Positions 24,431 to 37,500 are shown, numbered from the stretch's first letter. The stretch: DNA of 64,000 bases from Cenococcum geophilum (GCA_050273025.1 CP158635.1:4030001-4094000); one strand, 5' to 3'. Numbers and translations are program-made. The notes: generated from the sequence alone by a model not told the origin.

Positions 24431-25645
24431 TGTAATGGTAATCAGGATAACACAGGTTTGGAGGCGGAAGACTGTGATTGCTAGAATGGAAAAGACCAGG
24501 ATGGAGATTGTGGAAGTTATTATGGTAGAAAAACAGGAAGGGTGCTGACCCAAAGAGAACTGGGAGACGTATTTGCTGATTCTTAAATATTTCACAAAGA
24601 GTAAAGACTGAGTGTCCTGAACTGCCTTGAGTTGTTAGCGGCGTAGTCGTTGACGTGGGGGGGGAAGTCATCTGCCAGCCCGAAGGGGCGGGGCCGTACG
24701 AAGGAGCGACTGTGCCGCTAGCGCGCTTACAACAAAGTTGTTCGTCCATACTATTGGTGCGTTCTATAAACATGGATTCTATCAACGTCAGCTTATTTAT
24801 GGGTCGTGAAACCCAACATCACTAGGATTGGTATTGATTGATGCTCGTGGATATACTTCTACATCCTACAAAAACTAGACCCTCCTGTCGCCTAACTGCG
24901 CCTTCTTCATGCGCAGAACACATCCAATATCACTGGGACAAATGTTCATGACGTGCCGCCTCATTTCAATATTTTCCCATCCTCCCTGATTCAGTGTTCC
25001 CCCGAAACAAACCTATTAACGCGATACACAGCATCATTTAATGGCACGCTGCCGTCTTCTAATCGTGACATTGTAATAGGACTGTCTAGTATAAGTCCTT
25101 TCGGTATTCATATAGCTACAGTTAGTTGCAAAATTTATTTCGCCTAGCAAGCCGTCTAACATCTGATCGCGAGGCTTGCTATTGCAACATGAAAGCGGCA
25201 TTCTCATATCTGTCCCTATCGTATGATTCGTACGAGATGGTTGGCTTGATGCGCCACCCCTGAATACACTTGAAAACTATTGTTTCATGTTAGAGCGCCG
25301 CTCACGAAAAACAGGCAACAAACATTGTCCGCTTATACCAACAGCATATTTCATGTTGATTCTGTGTCCACCTTAAGTCCGTGAAGGACAGATAACTGAC
25401 TTTAGACGTCAGGATGCCTTTTTTAGAAAGAAGAAACCGTATTCAAACAGATCCTTAGCTAGCGAGCATAAAGAGGAAGCAAAAAGACATATAAGACCAT
25501 AATCCACCTTGTAAAACCAACCGTCTGATTCCCACTCATACTCACAGGTGTCAATATACCTACTCTTACCTAATATCTATCGCCATATTGCCTTTACCAC
25601 ATTGAATTTTGTTTCTAACCTATATTGCATCCCATCTCGAGCATT

Positions 25646-26398
25646 ATGCTTTATCGGCGAGCAAATTTTCCATCAGCACGCTATTTGGGCTATCTACTTC
25701 CACTTCTCACAAGTATATTGCTCCTAGGATTCATAGATTCTGTTATAGGAAAGGCAATCCCTCTTCCTTTTCCATTCCCAGCAGACAACTCTCCTCCGGA
25801 TACATCATACAATCCTCCGGCACCAGAAGGCGCTTTGCCTATCCCAGCCAACCCATTAAATATTAACAAAGACTGGTTCCTTTCATATCTGACAAAAAAT
25901 CAACCGGAAAACAATTGTGTATTCTACTGCCGTATAACCAATCCGGCTAGGGATTGGATAAAACTAAACCCACCGTTAAGGACAATCTGGGAAACCTATC
26001 CTGCTTTTTTGTTTTTGGATGATAAGGAACCTAGGAAGTCCTTCGCTGATGCGGACAAGCAAGCGAGGGCCCAGAGTGGCAAGGAAGAATATCCGAACTT
26101 GAACAGATATGCCGCGATGTCATCAGAAGCCTATGCGGAAAGATGTCTGGGAACAACAGTCCACCTGCTTCTTGACGAGAACATAGGCATTCCGGAACAG
26201 TGCATCTGGAATTCGGAGGAAAAGGTGGCGCTCCTACGAGAACCGAATCCGATCCAGAAGGTCATAGAGATCACATTTAAGGCGGGCACAATGATAGAAA
26301 AGTCAAGAAGGGAGTATGCGCTCGCGGAAGATGAACCGGCATCTCCTTCGACATCTCCTTCTTCAAGTCCGACTGACGAACCGTGGTGCCAATCCTAG
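25646..26398 (+). CDS. Secreted protein with ADP-ribosyl cyclase/NAD-glycohydrolase-like domain (N-terminal part of a formerly longer gene)
   Basis: Hydrophobic N-terminus and Pro-rich spacer, then CVFY...TIWETY...SSEAYAERCLGTTVHLLL...CIWNSEEKVAL. This resembles the CD38-type S..FA....V.V.L...STFGSVEV core. Confidence 0.55.
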   Translation: MLYRRANFPSARYLGYLLPLLTSILLLGFIDSVIGKAIPLPFPFPADNSPPDTSYNPPAPEGALPIPANPLNINKDWFLSYLTKNQPENNCVFYCRITNPARDWIKLNPPLRTIWETYPAFLFLDDKEPRKSFADADKQARAQSGKEEYPNLNRYAAMSSEAYAERCLGTTVHLLLDENIGIPEQCIWNSEEKVALLREPNPIQKVIEITFKAGTMIEKSRREYALAEDEPASPSTSPSSSPTDEPWCQS

Positions 26399-27474
26399 CC
26401 CGAATGGGGAAAGGGATCTCTCTTGCTTGGCATCTTTTTCAAGTACGATCTCTACAACTATTCCGCCAGGCCTGACGTCTATGTTATCAAGTGCCACACC
26501 TATAAGCACTCCCCAAATCTCCTACTGTTGACCTGAATCGGATTTCGTTACCACCGTCTTACTACTGTCTTACTACTGTCTTTAATGCCTAGTACTTTAT
26601 GTCTTACCATCCAGTTCCTATTACCTATTTTGTTTCGGTTGCCAATTATATGTCTCTGTTGCCTGCACCAACCTCATCTCTATATAGAGAGCTTCTAGAG
26701 CCAGATTCAATTGACAGAGTTCTCATTCCTGATCGTCCGTTCAACGCCTACACTTATACGGATTTTTTTTGATCACGATGTTATCGCATGCGAGTCTGTT
26801 CCTTTGGGCAATTACGGCGGCTTTACGGAGACCTGCGCAGGCAGTTCAGTAACGCTCACTTTTGCCCCATCAGCTACCGTGCAAGTCGGCAAAAAATAGC
26901 AAAACGTTGGGACTTTAAACGGAACTGCTTTATACACCTCTATATCCAGCGCTCTCAACAAAATCTGTCCTACTGCTACGGAGAATTGGGCGTCATGTTC
27001 CACGACTACGGTGGCGATCAAACAAATCGTCTACATAGAAGGAGATGGCACCCGCGGGGAAGACGGCGAGCTTGTTGTCAGCGTGCAAAGCGGCTCATAC
27101 AACGATACGAAACTCCGCGATGCTATGATTAAATCCGCTGCCCTCACGGCACAAACTTCAGCCAACAGCACAAACTGTTACCAGACGAAATATATTTTAT
27201 GCGAGAAAGGCGAGTGCGGAGAGGAGAAGATAACTTTGTGCAACGCCGCCGGTTTCGCCGGCGTGCAGTACTACGATGGGGCGCCAGTCGCCGCGACAAT
27301 GTGGCTCGATGTGCTTTGGGAATTCGGGGTCTATTCAGGGGAGTCTTTGACTGCGAAATCATCATCGAGACTCTCGACGCATTTCTTGTAGAATTCGCTC
27401 CTGAATTTGTGGTGGAAGATGTAGCGCTCTGTGAGGGGCGCCAGGCTGCATGCCAGGACGTGCTTGGCAATTGA
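26399..27474 (+). pseudogene. Disrupted Ser/Thr linker and Cys-containing C-terminal extracellular domain of the upstream secreted gene
   Basis: Removing the LTR joins ...PQISY to TYTD. Lesions: extra T in the run at 26763-26770, TAG at 26897, frameshift near 27340. Protein-like text NVGTLNGTALYTSISSALNKICP...LCNAAGFAGVQYY...FDCE...APEF. Confidence 0.7.
26526..26746 (+). mobile_element. Solo LTR with 5-bp TSD CCTAC
   Basis: Termini TGTTGA...TCAACG. CCTAC at 26521-26525 and 26747-26751. Homologous to 59482-59644. Confidence 0.9.
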
Positions 27475-27881
27475 AGGCCTGACATAGAAGGCCAAGTGTG
27501 CGGATTGGAGGGGGTAATAGTCTGGAGTCAAACAGTTTGCTTGTTTGCTTGTCTTGATTGTTTGCTTGTGGTTGAGTACTCCTGCGAGTCTGGGTCTGTT
27601 TGTCAGTTTGTCTTGCATTCCTTTGCCTACATAGATTGTCTTGGAGGCAGCTGTCCGTGCTATGTCTGATACGGACCGTATCTTTACGGAACTGTACTGT
27701 GCCATAGTAGACTTTGCCTACCAACCAAACCCTTAGGAACTCTTAATTTTTTTTCAACAACTTTAGCTGCCTAGGACGTCAGCCAGGGTTTCAGGTGCTG
27801 CAAAGAATGACAGGCAATTTATTTAGCCCAGGAGTGGGCGGACATTACGATTATACAATTTACTTTATCTCACGGCATCCC

Positions 27882-28650
27882 TTAGTAATAAGCCCATACC
27901 GGTGACCCGGTATAATTATATGTCGCTAGCCTCTCCAAGCTCACGCAGTCAGTTCTCACAAAACCCGGCGTAACGGCATGGATCACGGTCGTGCCGGGGT
28001 TGAACGGAGACGAGCATGCCATAACGCCTCCCTTGGTTGCGCCCGGCGCCATGAAGTTGAAATAGCCAGACGGTAGGTCGCAGTTGTAGGGCGGGCCATG
28101 CCATAGCAATGCTTGCCACCGTGTTCGTTCCATTTGCGGCGGTCCTCCTTAGGCAGAACGGTCCAGGTTCAGCCTATGTACTCTGGGTACGAGCCGGGAG
28201 GAAAAGAGTGGGAGTGTTGGACTGTGATTTGGATCAAGCCGTCCGGTTGGACATAGGTGTCTTGGCTGCTGGGGACAATGGAATACTTGAGTCACGTTCA
28301 TAAGTTGTGTCCCGAGAAAATTCAGTTGGAATGAGGCATTTAAGTCAGTTTACAGGATACAGTGTGCTCGAAAACGCCAGCTCAGTGCCATTGGGACATG
28401 GGCTTACTACACTCGGGCAGTACGATGGCGAAGAAGCTTGTTAAATACCAAAGCCGCCTCCACTTGGCTCTACCTTTGAGGGCATTGAACTTGTTGTCAT
28501 GAGGCCTGTAGACGATGAGGGTGTAGTGATTAGACAAGGTCTTCGTTTCCGGTTGATGCGTCGTGTCGTGAGGGAGGGTGAACGCTGCGGGCAGGACACA
28601 GAGTCCCCCAAGAATGAGTCTCGAGAAGAACGTTGATGATAATGCTGCTC
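27882..28650 (-). pseudogene. Pseudogene of a secreted PhiA/IgE-binding-protein-like cell-wall protein
   Basis: Fragments SYCPSVVSPCPNGTELAF, QDTYVQPDGLIQITVQHSHSFPPG and VMACS...RTDC...VWAYY. In-frame stops near 28441 and 28150, plus a frameshift. Confidence 0.6.
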
Positions 28651-29357
28651 TGAGAAAGTACTGTAACGAATGTATAGAGTTGGTTGTATGTCGATATCAA
28701 AATGCGTTGACAGTGCGCCGTGAGCTCCAGCGAGGTCGGCTGGCATCTTTCCATGAAGTAAATCCGTGAATAACTATGATGGCATTATAAAGTCTATTGA
28801 ATTTTTTTTAGGTTCTCATCTGATGACACGAGACCCGTGTTCTGACAGGGTGCACAACATGAAGGCATTCATCATGCACTTTGCCGTCCTGAGATCCGTC
28901 ACATCTAAAGACCAAGAAGCTTAAAAAAAATGATACTGCTAGATTATTAAGTGCTTTTGTTTAATTGGCTTCTTTGGCAAGACTGGAAGGTCTCCTGCGT
29001 TGATACGAGGAAACTGACCTTATGGTGGTTGGGATGGTAGCGGTTAGTCACGTGAACCCACGAGATGAGCTGAGTTGAGATATTTTTGGATTCAAATTTC
29101 AACTGATTCCTTAACTCCCAATATTGCACATCTTCCTTTTCTCGAGACTAACAAAATCTAACAAGTGATTTGGTGGTAAGGGGTCCGAGATAAAGGTAAC
29201 CGATACTATAATAAGTGACGTGGCGAATGTTCATGAGATGACAGGTGATCGGGGAACGGGTTTCTGTAGAGAGTTTAGGTACTCTTGGCAGAAACGCTTG
29301 AGTTGGTATTAGAAGTGTCCAGACCGTACCGCCATTAGATGTTGAAAACACAGCCGA

Positions 29358-31531
29358 TTATTCCATGTTGTGCCAGAGAGCCACATTTCGTAAACAGAGA
29401 GCATTCCATCGCCAGAACGCTGCCACAATTACGATATGAATGGCTAATAGGAGGAGCGATCCGCCAAGGCGAAAGTGGAGGCCACCGTAAGTTAACCCGG
29501 CAAAGGTGAAATCCAACGCCGCAAAACAAAGAAGCGGATATGCTACCCAAGGGTTTGCGGCGAGGGGATAACATGGGCTGGAAACAGATATCACTTTTAG
29601 GCAGAATAGAGATATCTTAGCAAGTCCGAACGTTATAGGATTTGCGGGGAAGTAGTGAAACCGTGATACTACTGTTGGGGGTGGAGGTAGCATTAAACGA
29701 GGTGCTTGTGGGGGTGGGTGATTCGATTTTGAATTGGACTCAATCTTGCGCGGACGGAGGACTACTGAAGAGTCTGGTGGTGTTGGTGCTCGCCCATTTT
29801 TTGTCGGAGTGGGAGGGTGAATAGGTGGACTGGGTGTACGAGAAGTATCCATAGAAGACGATTTTAGCATCGAAGAGCCTGGCCGCACATAGTTGGCGGC
29901 AGACTTTTTCCTTGAATGCTTACCGGGAGCAGGCGAAGGTGTATCGGCCCGGGATATTCGAGACCCAAGTTCCTCAAGACCAGATGGGCTCGCGAATCCA
30001 CCAATCTCATCGAACATGGATGGAGACTTAAATACCTGCAGAATCTCCTCCGTTCCGGGTCGCTCAGCAGGATCCAAGGAAAGTAAATGTTTTAGTGATT
30101 TGTATAGCTTGTCGGGAAGATCATCTCGGACACGCCGTTCATAATTAAACCCGGCCCAAGTAGATATTTCTTCTCGAAGGCGGTCCAAATCTTCATTATC
30201 TTCATCAATGCCATCTGCATTGCGATACGGCAATCTTCCAAAGCACATGAAATACACAATCATGCCCAGCGAGAATATGTCCGATTTTGTGGAGAAGTTG
30301 CCCAGCGGTCCACCTGGAGACTCTCGACGAAGCACCTCTGGGGCACAATAAGAGATGGTTCCCGTTGCTCCGGTGGATTTCCGAACAACATTAGCTACTT
30401 GGACTTCTCCAAAGTCGCTTACAAGCACCCGCATCTTCTGTCCTGTATCGTGTAGGAGGCAGTTGCTCGGCTTTAGGTCGCGATGTATATATCCATTCGC
30501 GTGAAGATGGTTGAGACCTGAGGTGATATCCTTGAAAAACGAAAGGATTTGCTCGAAATGCATTCGACGCGGCCCATTTAGTTCATGCGGTTCCTCAAGT
30601 TGACCCTTTGATCTCCGGCGTAAGCGCTCTTTCAGTTGCTGTGTAGTCATGGACGTCTTTGCCGAATCTAAAATGTAATCGTGGAGGTCCCCAGCATTGC
30701 AGTATTGCTGTAGAATGAACGCACACGGAACGCTAGGTCCGAAATTTGATATTTGATAATCTTCCAGCCAGACGTGTCGGTATGAAACAAGATTCTGGTG
30801 TGATAGATTTTGGAGCAGTTGGACCTCGATCAAAACTTTTTCTAGCCATTCATGGTCGTCACCCACAGGTACACGTTTGCAGGCGAACTGACCAAGCGGC
30901 ACACCGTCTAAAACATGTTTGACCAGTAGCACCACACCTTTCCCACCTCTTCCCAGCTCACGCTCCTCCACGAAGAAAGTTTTGAAGTAATTTGGGCTGA
31001 ATGCCCTTGCGGATATGCCTTGAGACTTAGGTGGGGGTGCTGGAGTGCTTCCAACAAACTCAGCCCCAGCAGGGGCATGAAGAGTATCACCAGAGCTCCG
31101 CAGAGGTATGTGTCCAATACTTTTGTGAGGTGATGGTGGACACGGAGGTTCCGATGATCCAGGCTGACTGCGACGAAGCATGCGGAAGTATCCCGGATTC
31201 ACAAACCCCGTCTCGTTATCCACAGCTGATCCATGCTCTTCTTCATCCGAATCCTGTGGATCTTCGTGAAGGGGTCGATGGCAATATGGGCAGTCGGCGA
31301 TTTCGACGTCGGTCGAGTGGGAGACATCTCGCAATGAAAGCTGTTTAGACCGTTGATCGAAGACAACGACCGCAGAACCATGACGCCTGTAAATGAGACA
31401 AAATTAGCCTAGTTCTGACGGCATAAGTGGTACTCGAGCAAAAAACATGTGAGAACTGACAGGACGACTTCTCGAGATTCGGCGGGGAGGTAAGGCACAA
31501 GTGACATGCTGCGTTGAGGTTCGTCGGCCAT
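29358..31531 (-). CDS. IKS1: IKS1-family Ser/Thr protein kinase (intron 31387-31460)
   Basis: Exon 1 MSLVPY..REVVLR, N-terminal CPYC, kinase motifs LGRGGKG, FACK, HRDLKPSN, DFG and APE, C-terminal hydrophobic segments. Confidence 0.88.
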
Positions 31532-31998
31532 AGCTAGAGATAGCTGGAAAGTCGTGTAATGGACTTTCTCCTCATGGTGTTATGATCAGATGCGCCCAAC
31601 ATGTCTAGGCTGGCCTGCAGGTCACTGGCTTAGACCGCTTGTTTTGTTGTGATGCAACGTGTGGAATAGTGAGCAGGGTCATCGCTTCTGTGAAGGTGCC
31701 AGGTGCCAGGGTGCCGGTCTATCAGTCACGAGCGACGTCAATGTGCATTTTGTAGCTGTAATTATGAATAGCCTGTATTTAAATATCGCAAGTTGAGTAT
31801 TAATTAGAATAAACCGAGATTCATCGCAGCCGTTCATTGCAATGGTTTCCAAATGTAAATTAGAAGTCTTCCTCGCATAATTTCAGGAAGCAGCATATAT
31901 ATAAATGCAAGTAATTCCTCATAATAACCCTTGCACCCCACCAACTCCTTGATAATGCTCCGCCCATGCCGGATATTGCATGTTATGCAGCCAAATCC

Positions 31999-33785
31999 TT
32001 AATCGTCATCCAACTCCTCGAATCGTCCCTCGTCAACAGCCTGCTCAACTGGGTTCTTCACATTCACCACCCCAGTTTTCTTTAGTCTGCAACCAAGTCA
32101 GCGAAGGCAATGAACCGAAATAGGATGCAAACAAACCGTTCGAAAAGTACAAAGAGCCTCTCTGCCTCTCTTTCCTTTTCCTCCTGCGTCATTTTCGGTC
32201 CGGTATCCTCAGGTTCAGCGTCCAGTCTTTGGCCGGTAACTGGATTAACACGTTTAGCACCACCTTCTTCACTTTCAACAGCATTGGTACTAAATGCTTC
32301 CATTGCGCTTTTGGGTACCGCGATATTGTGGCTTAGAAGGAAACCAGACGCAAATCCGTAACCAACATTGCGAACAAATTTGGCTGCATCCTTCCCCGAA
32401 AGCTCGAACATCATCGAAGATATTGATCCTCTGAGATTTGGAGTTAAAGCAGAGGTGGATAGTCTCAGGAGTCGGGCAGACAGAGTATCAGACTTTCCGA
32501 GCGGACGAGTCCTTTCATCGTCCGTGGGCAATAACAACCACTCCATGTACTTCTTTACACTGTCTGGCGCGATTTCATATACTCGTCGTATGAGGGTCAG
32601 AACTGGCGCGGCAGCTTGGTCGAGTTCACTCTCAGGATAGGCAACGATAGCATTGTCGAGAATATTGATTAGGTGTTCGGCATTGCATTTTTGGTCGAAC
32701 TTTGGGAAAACTGCATTTAACCCAAAGTGTGACTGCTTCTTGTCTTCTAAATCTAAGTTGAGGAGTGCATTGACAAGATAATTGATAGGTGGTTGAAGGG
32801 GTGGAATTGATATCTTTGATCGAAAAAGAATCTTGAAAATGTGAGGTATAGACTTAGAGAACTGGTCTGCAAGATCAGGGTAAAAATGAGTGATGTTGAA
32901 CATAAGTTTAAGGGTCTCGGAGAGTGCCATTGTGTCCATCGGTTGGGTTTGAGATGCTCTACGGCTCGACTTCGAGTAGCGTTTTGAATGGCGGGCGATG
33001 GCCTAAAGCAGCCTTTAATACATGGATATATCATAGCACCCGAAAGATTTTACCTGGTTAATGCTTTCTGCTAGCTGGTGGTCTGCCACGAGCTTTTCAT
33101 AATCCAGGTTTGTATCGTAAGTCATAAGGAAGAGGATTCTGGAAATGAGAAATTCATCATCTCTGTTGTCGTTCTGTATCCAGGAATTAGACTCGGCGCA
33201 ACCTCTACCCATAATAATCAACTTACCTTTAACCGCTCCGCGGCTCCTTCTCCATAACCCAAGTCCACAAGTATTTGGCGCGTTTTTGGCTGCAGCAATA
33301 ATGCATTTGCTAAGCAGCGAAGCGCCTCTCGAGATGTCACCGACGAAGTGCTCTCGAAGCTGTACCGTGCCAGTGTCTCGATTCCCTATCGCCATGCTCC
33401 TCAGCACCACCGCTGACACGCGCATTATGTATTGCTTCTACATACATCTTTTGTGAATATCGGGTCGGCATTTTCTACAACGCGTCCATGGACCTTGAGC
33501 TCTTCCAAGATCGAGTTTCGCCCTGGTGAATTACGGTTAACCCGATGAACTTTGCCCCAGCACACGGCGCGGGGATGCGCATAGAAAGGCATGAGTGAAT
33601 CTTACGATGAGGTAGGAGATTAGTTTCTTTGAGGTCGACGGTCAGTTTTGCCAGGAGTGCGGTAACTTCGTCGAGCTTCTCTGAAGTGAGGTCAGCGCTG
33701 ACACTGCATGAAGGGACGGCGGGCAGAATGGCATACTTTGGCCGCTGCTTGGCTGGGCGGTGGTGACTTGAATGGTCGAGGCCAT
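31999..33785 (-). CDS. RIC8: Ric8/synembryn G-alpha GEF and chaperone (multi-exon)
   Basis: Motifs DEFLISRILFLMTY, ETLKLMFN, VGYGFASGFL, NPVTGQ and MTQEEKEREAERLFVLFER. Final exon LKKTGVVNVKNPV. Confidence 0.92.
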
Positions 33786-34579
33786 GTTGACATTGAGTTG
33801 GTGAAGGAGGGAGAGTGGATTGCGAGGCCGAGACGCGGCATTAACGGCAAGTTCGAAGAGGATGCGTCCAGGATTATGGTGGGAGAAATCCGGCCCCGCA
33901 TTGTTGTAGGTTGAAAGGGGCATCTAATATCATCGGCTATCACAAGCGGCTGCGCTGATCATTTCCGAGGCCATGTGCTTTCAGAGAATGAGACGAAGCT
34001 ATCATCAGGACAGTCAAGCCATCGCATTAATTAGGATAGGGCGTTAGTAGGACATGTGGATAGACGCATGTCACCGTCATGTGCATGTCCACTTGAACCT
34101 TGATTTCGTCCTAGCATCGAAGCCATTGCGAGGCTGCGAGGCACTCCATCACGCTGTATCGTGACCAGCGACGGGACCAACCGACATGTGAATCTCTCGC
34201 TCGCAGGGGTGGCTCGAAAGTGAAGCCCGATGGTGCACTATGATGCATTTGCAGGGAGGGGGATAAAAGCCATCCAGTCAAACGATACGGCGCGAAATCC
34301 CCTGGTGCCCCGGATTCTGGAGCGACGGGAGCGCTTGCAGCTGACATGAGTCCAGGCGCCGCGGGTGCCCGTCACTCCAAGTCTCTCGCTCGCGTCGCGT
34401 CCAGCTCCCGCCAGGGCTTTGGCGTGGGACCGCGATTTCCACTTTGACCAGCCCTGTCAATTTCACCTCTACCCACGATCACAAAATCTCTCCAATGCCA
34501 TGATATTTGCCGCCTCTTTGTTTCAGTCTCTTTTCAACTTCCTTTCTTTCTTCTGTTCCATCTTCCATTCAGCATAGCC

Positions 34580-37500
34580 ATGGTGTTCTCTTCTACGTTG
34601 CTCAAAACTTTCGCTGCTCGTCCGCCTACTCCTCCGCGCGATGTCAATCGAGACATTGCTGATGCCCTCGATTTCCTCGACGAGTCCTTTGTCACGTCTC
34701 AGGTGCCGAAAAAGCCGGTAGAGCGAAAACTCTTTGTCAACACTCCTCCCCAACAGTCACCGTCCTCTTCAGCAGAACAGCCTATCAAGGACTCTAGAAA
34801 AAGGAGAAAGCGCGTTGATTTCGACTTCTCGCCATGTGCTGATAATCACGACTCGAAAGATTTCGGCCATTGGACTCCCAGGTCCACGTTGAGACCACTC
34901 CCTCAAACACGAATTCCGGTAGCATTAAAATCAATCCTCAAAGCATACGACCCATCGACAAGCTTCAACCAGATTGCGGCGACCGAATCCATTCACTTAG
35001 GCCCAATATCGGCACACAGCTTCGAGACTTTTGCAGAGATGCTCGAGTCTGTCACTCAGCAACTTGCCAAAGAGGCGAGGCAGGCGCGATTGGATGCATA
35101 TATTTGTTTGATGGGTACGTTAAAGGCGTATGACAACATTCCAGATACCAAGGCTCTAGTCTCGAAAGCCGGACTGCTTTCACAGTTCATCCGACGAGAC
35201 ATGACGGCACTCAATGGTTCAAACGCCCTCGACTCTGTCCTTATCACTCAAGCCCTCAAGCTCTTAATGGCTTTAGTACGAATCCCCAGCGTCATAGAAG
35301 TGATGGATTCAGACTTTTGCTCATTCGTAATTGACCGGTCGACTGAGATTGCAGAAGACTCGAAAGCGCCGAAATCTGTCATCAACACTCACCTGTGTGT
35401 TCTCACGCAACAGAATTTCAGTACGAAAATAATGACTGCTGCACGTGCAGAAAGAATTGTAGACGCCGTCCATGACATAGCCGATCGTGTTAAGGGCAAC
35501 GGCGTCTATGCCTACAGACTACTTGTTTACCGAAAGCTCATCGGGCAGGCCCCTAATGTGATGATAGCGAAAATCCGTCAATGGTTTGAACATGTATTTC
35601 ACGCAATGCTAAGCAGCCAGAAAGACACGAGACAGCATGGCATTGATGTTGCAAGATTAGCCGGTATGGAGTTTGGAACGAACAGCCAAGCATCAAAAGC
35701 GGTATTGGATTTTCTGAATATTCCTATCGTTGCTGGTGGATGTATGGCAAGCTACCTTGTGGATCGTCTCATGAAAATGCTCGAAAAGAAAGGAGAAGCA
35801 TCTCCAAGTCCGCAGATTTGGGGAGCGGTTACTCTGTTTCTTCGACCGGCGCTGCGTAACTCAGATCGGGAGCGCTGGCGACCTCTTCGGTCGTGGCTCA
35901 CCATCTTCGAAAGATTCCTCAACTCGAATTCGCAGGTTAAATACCATGCTAACATCGCTTTCAACTCTCTCGTGTTTGTAGTCAATCCGGATCGTTCGAC
36001 TACGCCTGCTATGGCAAATCTTCTACGGAACATACCTCAAGGTCAGTTGGAGCTTAGGAGTAGGTGTTCTACTCAAGAGAGCCAGATCGCCACTGCCAGC
36101 TATTATACTCTTCTTTACTACTCTCTCCGTCCTTCTGCATCCGAAGAAGAGCTTCGGCGTTACTGGAATGAATTTGTATATACGATCTGGTCTAGCCTGA
36201 TTTCCTCCTCTACGAGGAATGCGAATGCAGCCTGCCGAGTCTTGTCAGCTTTGTTTGGATCCAACCCTCCAAGGATATGGAACGAGCAGAGAGCTCTTCA
36301 ATCGCAACCCATCAGACTCGAAGAGTTGCCCAGGCTTGATCCCAAGTGGATGCGAAAGCATATTGCCCTAATCCTGGGAATTGTTGATATCTGTCTAGGT
36401 GCCGCATCATGGTCTTCTCGTCCTTCAGGAGAGGATGCAATCAAGACGATGTGGTCTTGCTTAATGAATTCTCTAGCAGAAGCCGGCAGCAAAGAAGTTA
36501 AGGCATCGATGGAACTAAAGGACGCAATTGCACACATTGTAAATTTCCTCCATAAGGTTTGGTCCAACCACACATCGTCACCTGCCACGGAAGAACGACA
36601 GGAAGATGAATGGGCGGAGAAGTTTGGTTTCTTGGTTGAGACAGCAATGCAGAAATTGGGCGCATTCAATTTCGCCGAGAAATTCCTGACAAGGAATAGC
36701 GAAGCAGATGATTTCGAAGTTGCGCCTACTCCTTCACACCGATCTAGGAATACCGGAGGCCTGCAATCTCCTGCTTTGGACCTGGTGGATTTACTCTCAA
36801 ATCAATCCGAGGGCAAACTGCCTGACTCAAATCGTCTTGCTTTGGTTAAAACCATGGTCGGACCTTGTTGGGAATCAAGAAATACTACTTTGCTGAAGTT
36901 GGAGCTCCTCAAAGACTGCTCAGATATTGCAAGAATAACGCCCAACGCCGGTTTGGCATCGAAAGTTTGGGAGAGTGCTGCACAACTCGCCGAGGCGACA
37001 CTTAACCAAGTCGCTGGACACACAGTAGAGCATCAATCACGTCAGTTCGGCGAAGAATGTGGAGAGATAGTCAAGATTCTCGGACACGGTCTTCGCTATT
37101 CGAGCCCACGAAGCTTGACTGTAACCAAAGACTTATTAGCCACCTTCATGGCAAAAGTGCAACAGGAAGCTGGGGATGGAGGAGTCATACTCGCCATCAT
37201 AGAACCGCTCTCTGAAGCAATTCGCGCACAGGCTTCGGAGCAGGACGCCAATACCGCACTAATTTATACTGCTGTCCTACTCAACAATTTGCCACAAACT
37301 ATCAACCGTCGCCAGCTCGAACAAGGAAGGAAAGCGCTGTGGAGCGCATCTCCCGTCCCCCCACGAGTCCACGATTTTGACCCTTACAATCATATGTACA
37401 AAGCTGTTGTTGCTCTTTCAACGTCTTCTTACGAGAATCTGAACTTCATTGAAAGCCTTAATCTTAAGGAATTCATCTCTTCATTAGCTCGATCAATTCA

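Noticed and set aside
23927..24595. 222-aa version of the secreted protein
   Set aside because: It relies on a non-ATG start. The ATG at 24430 gives a clean signal peptide.
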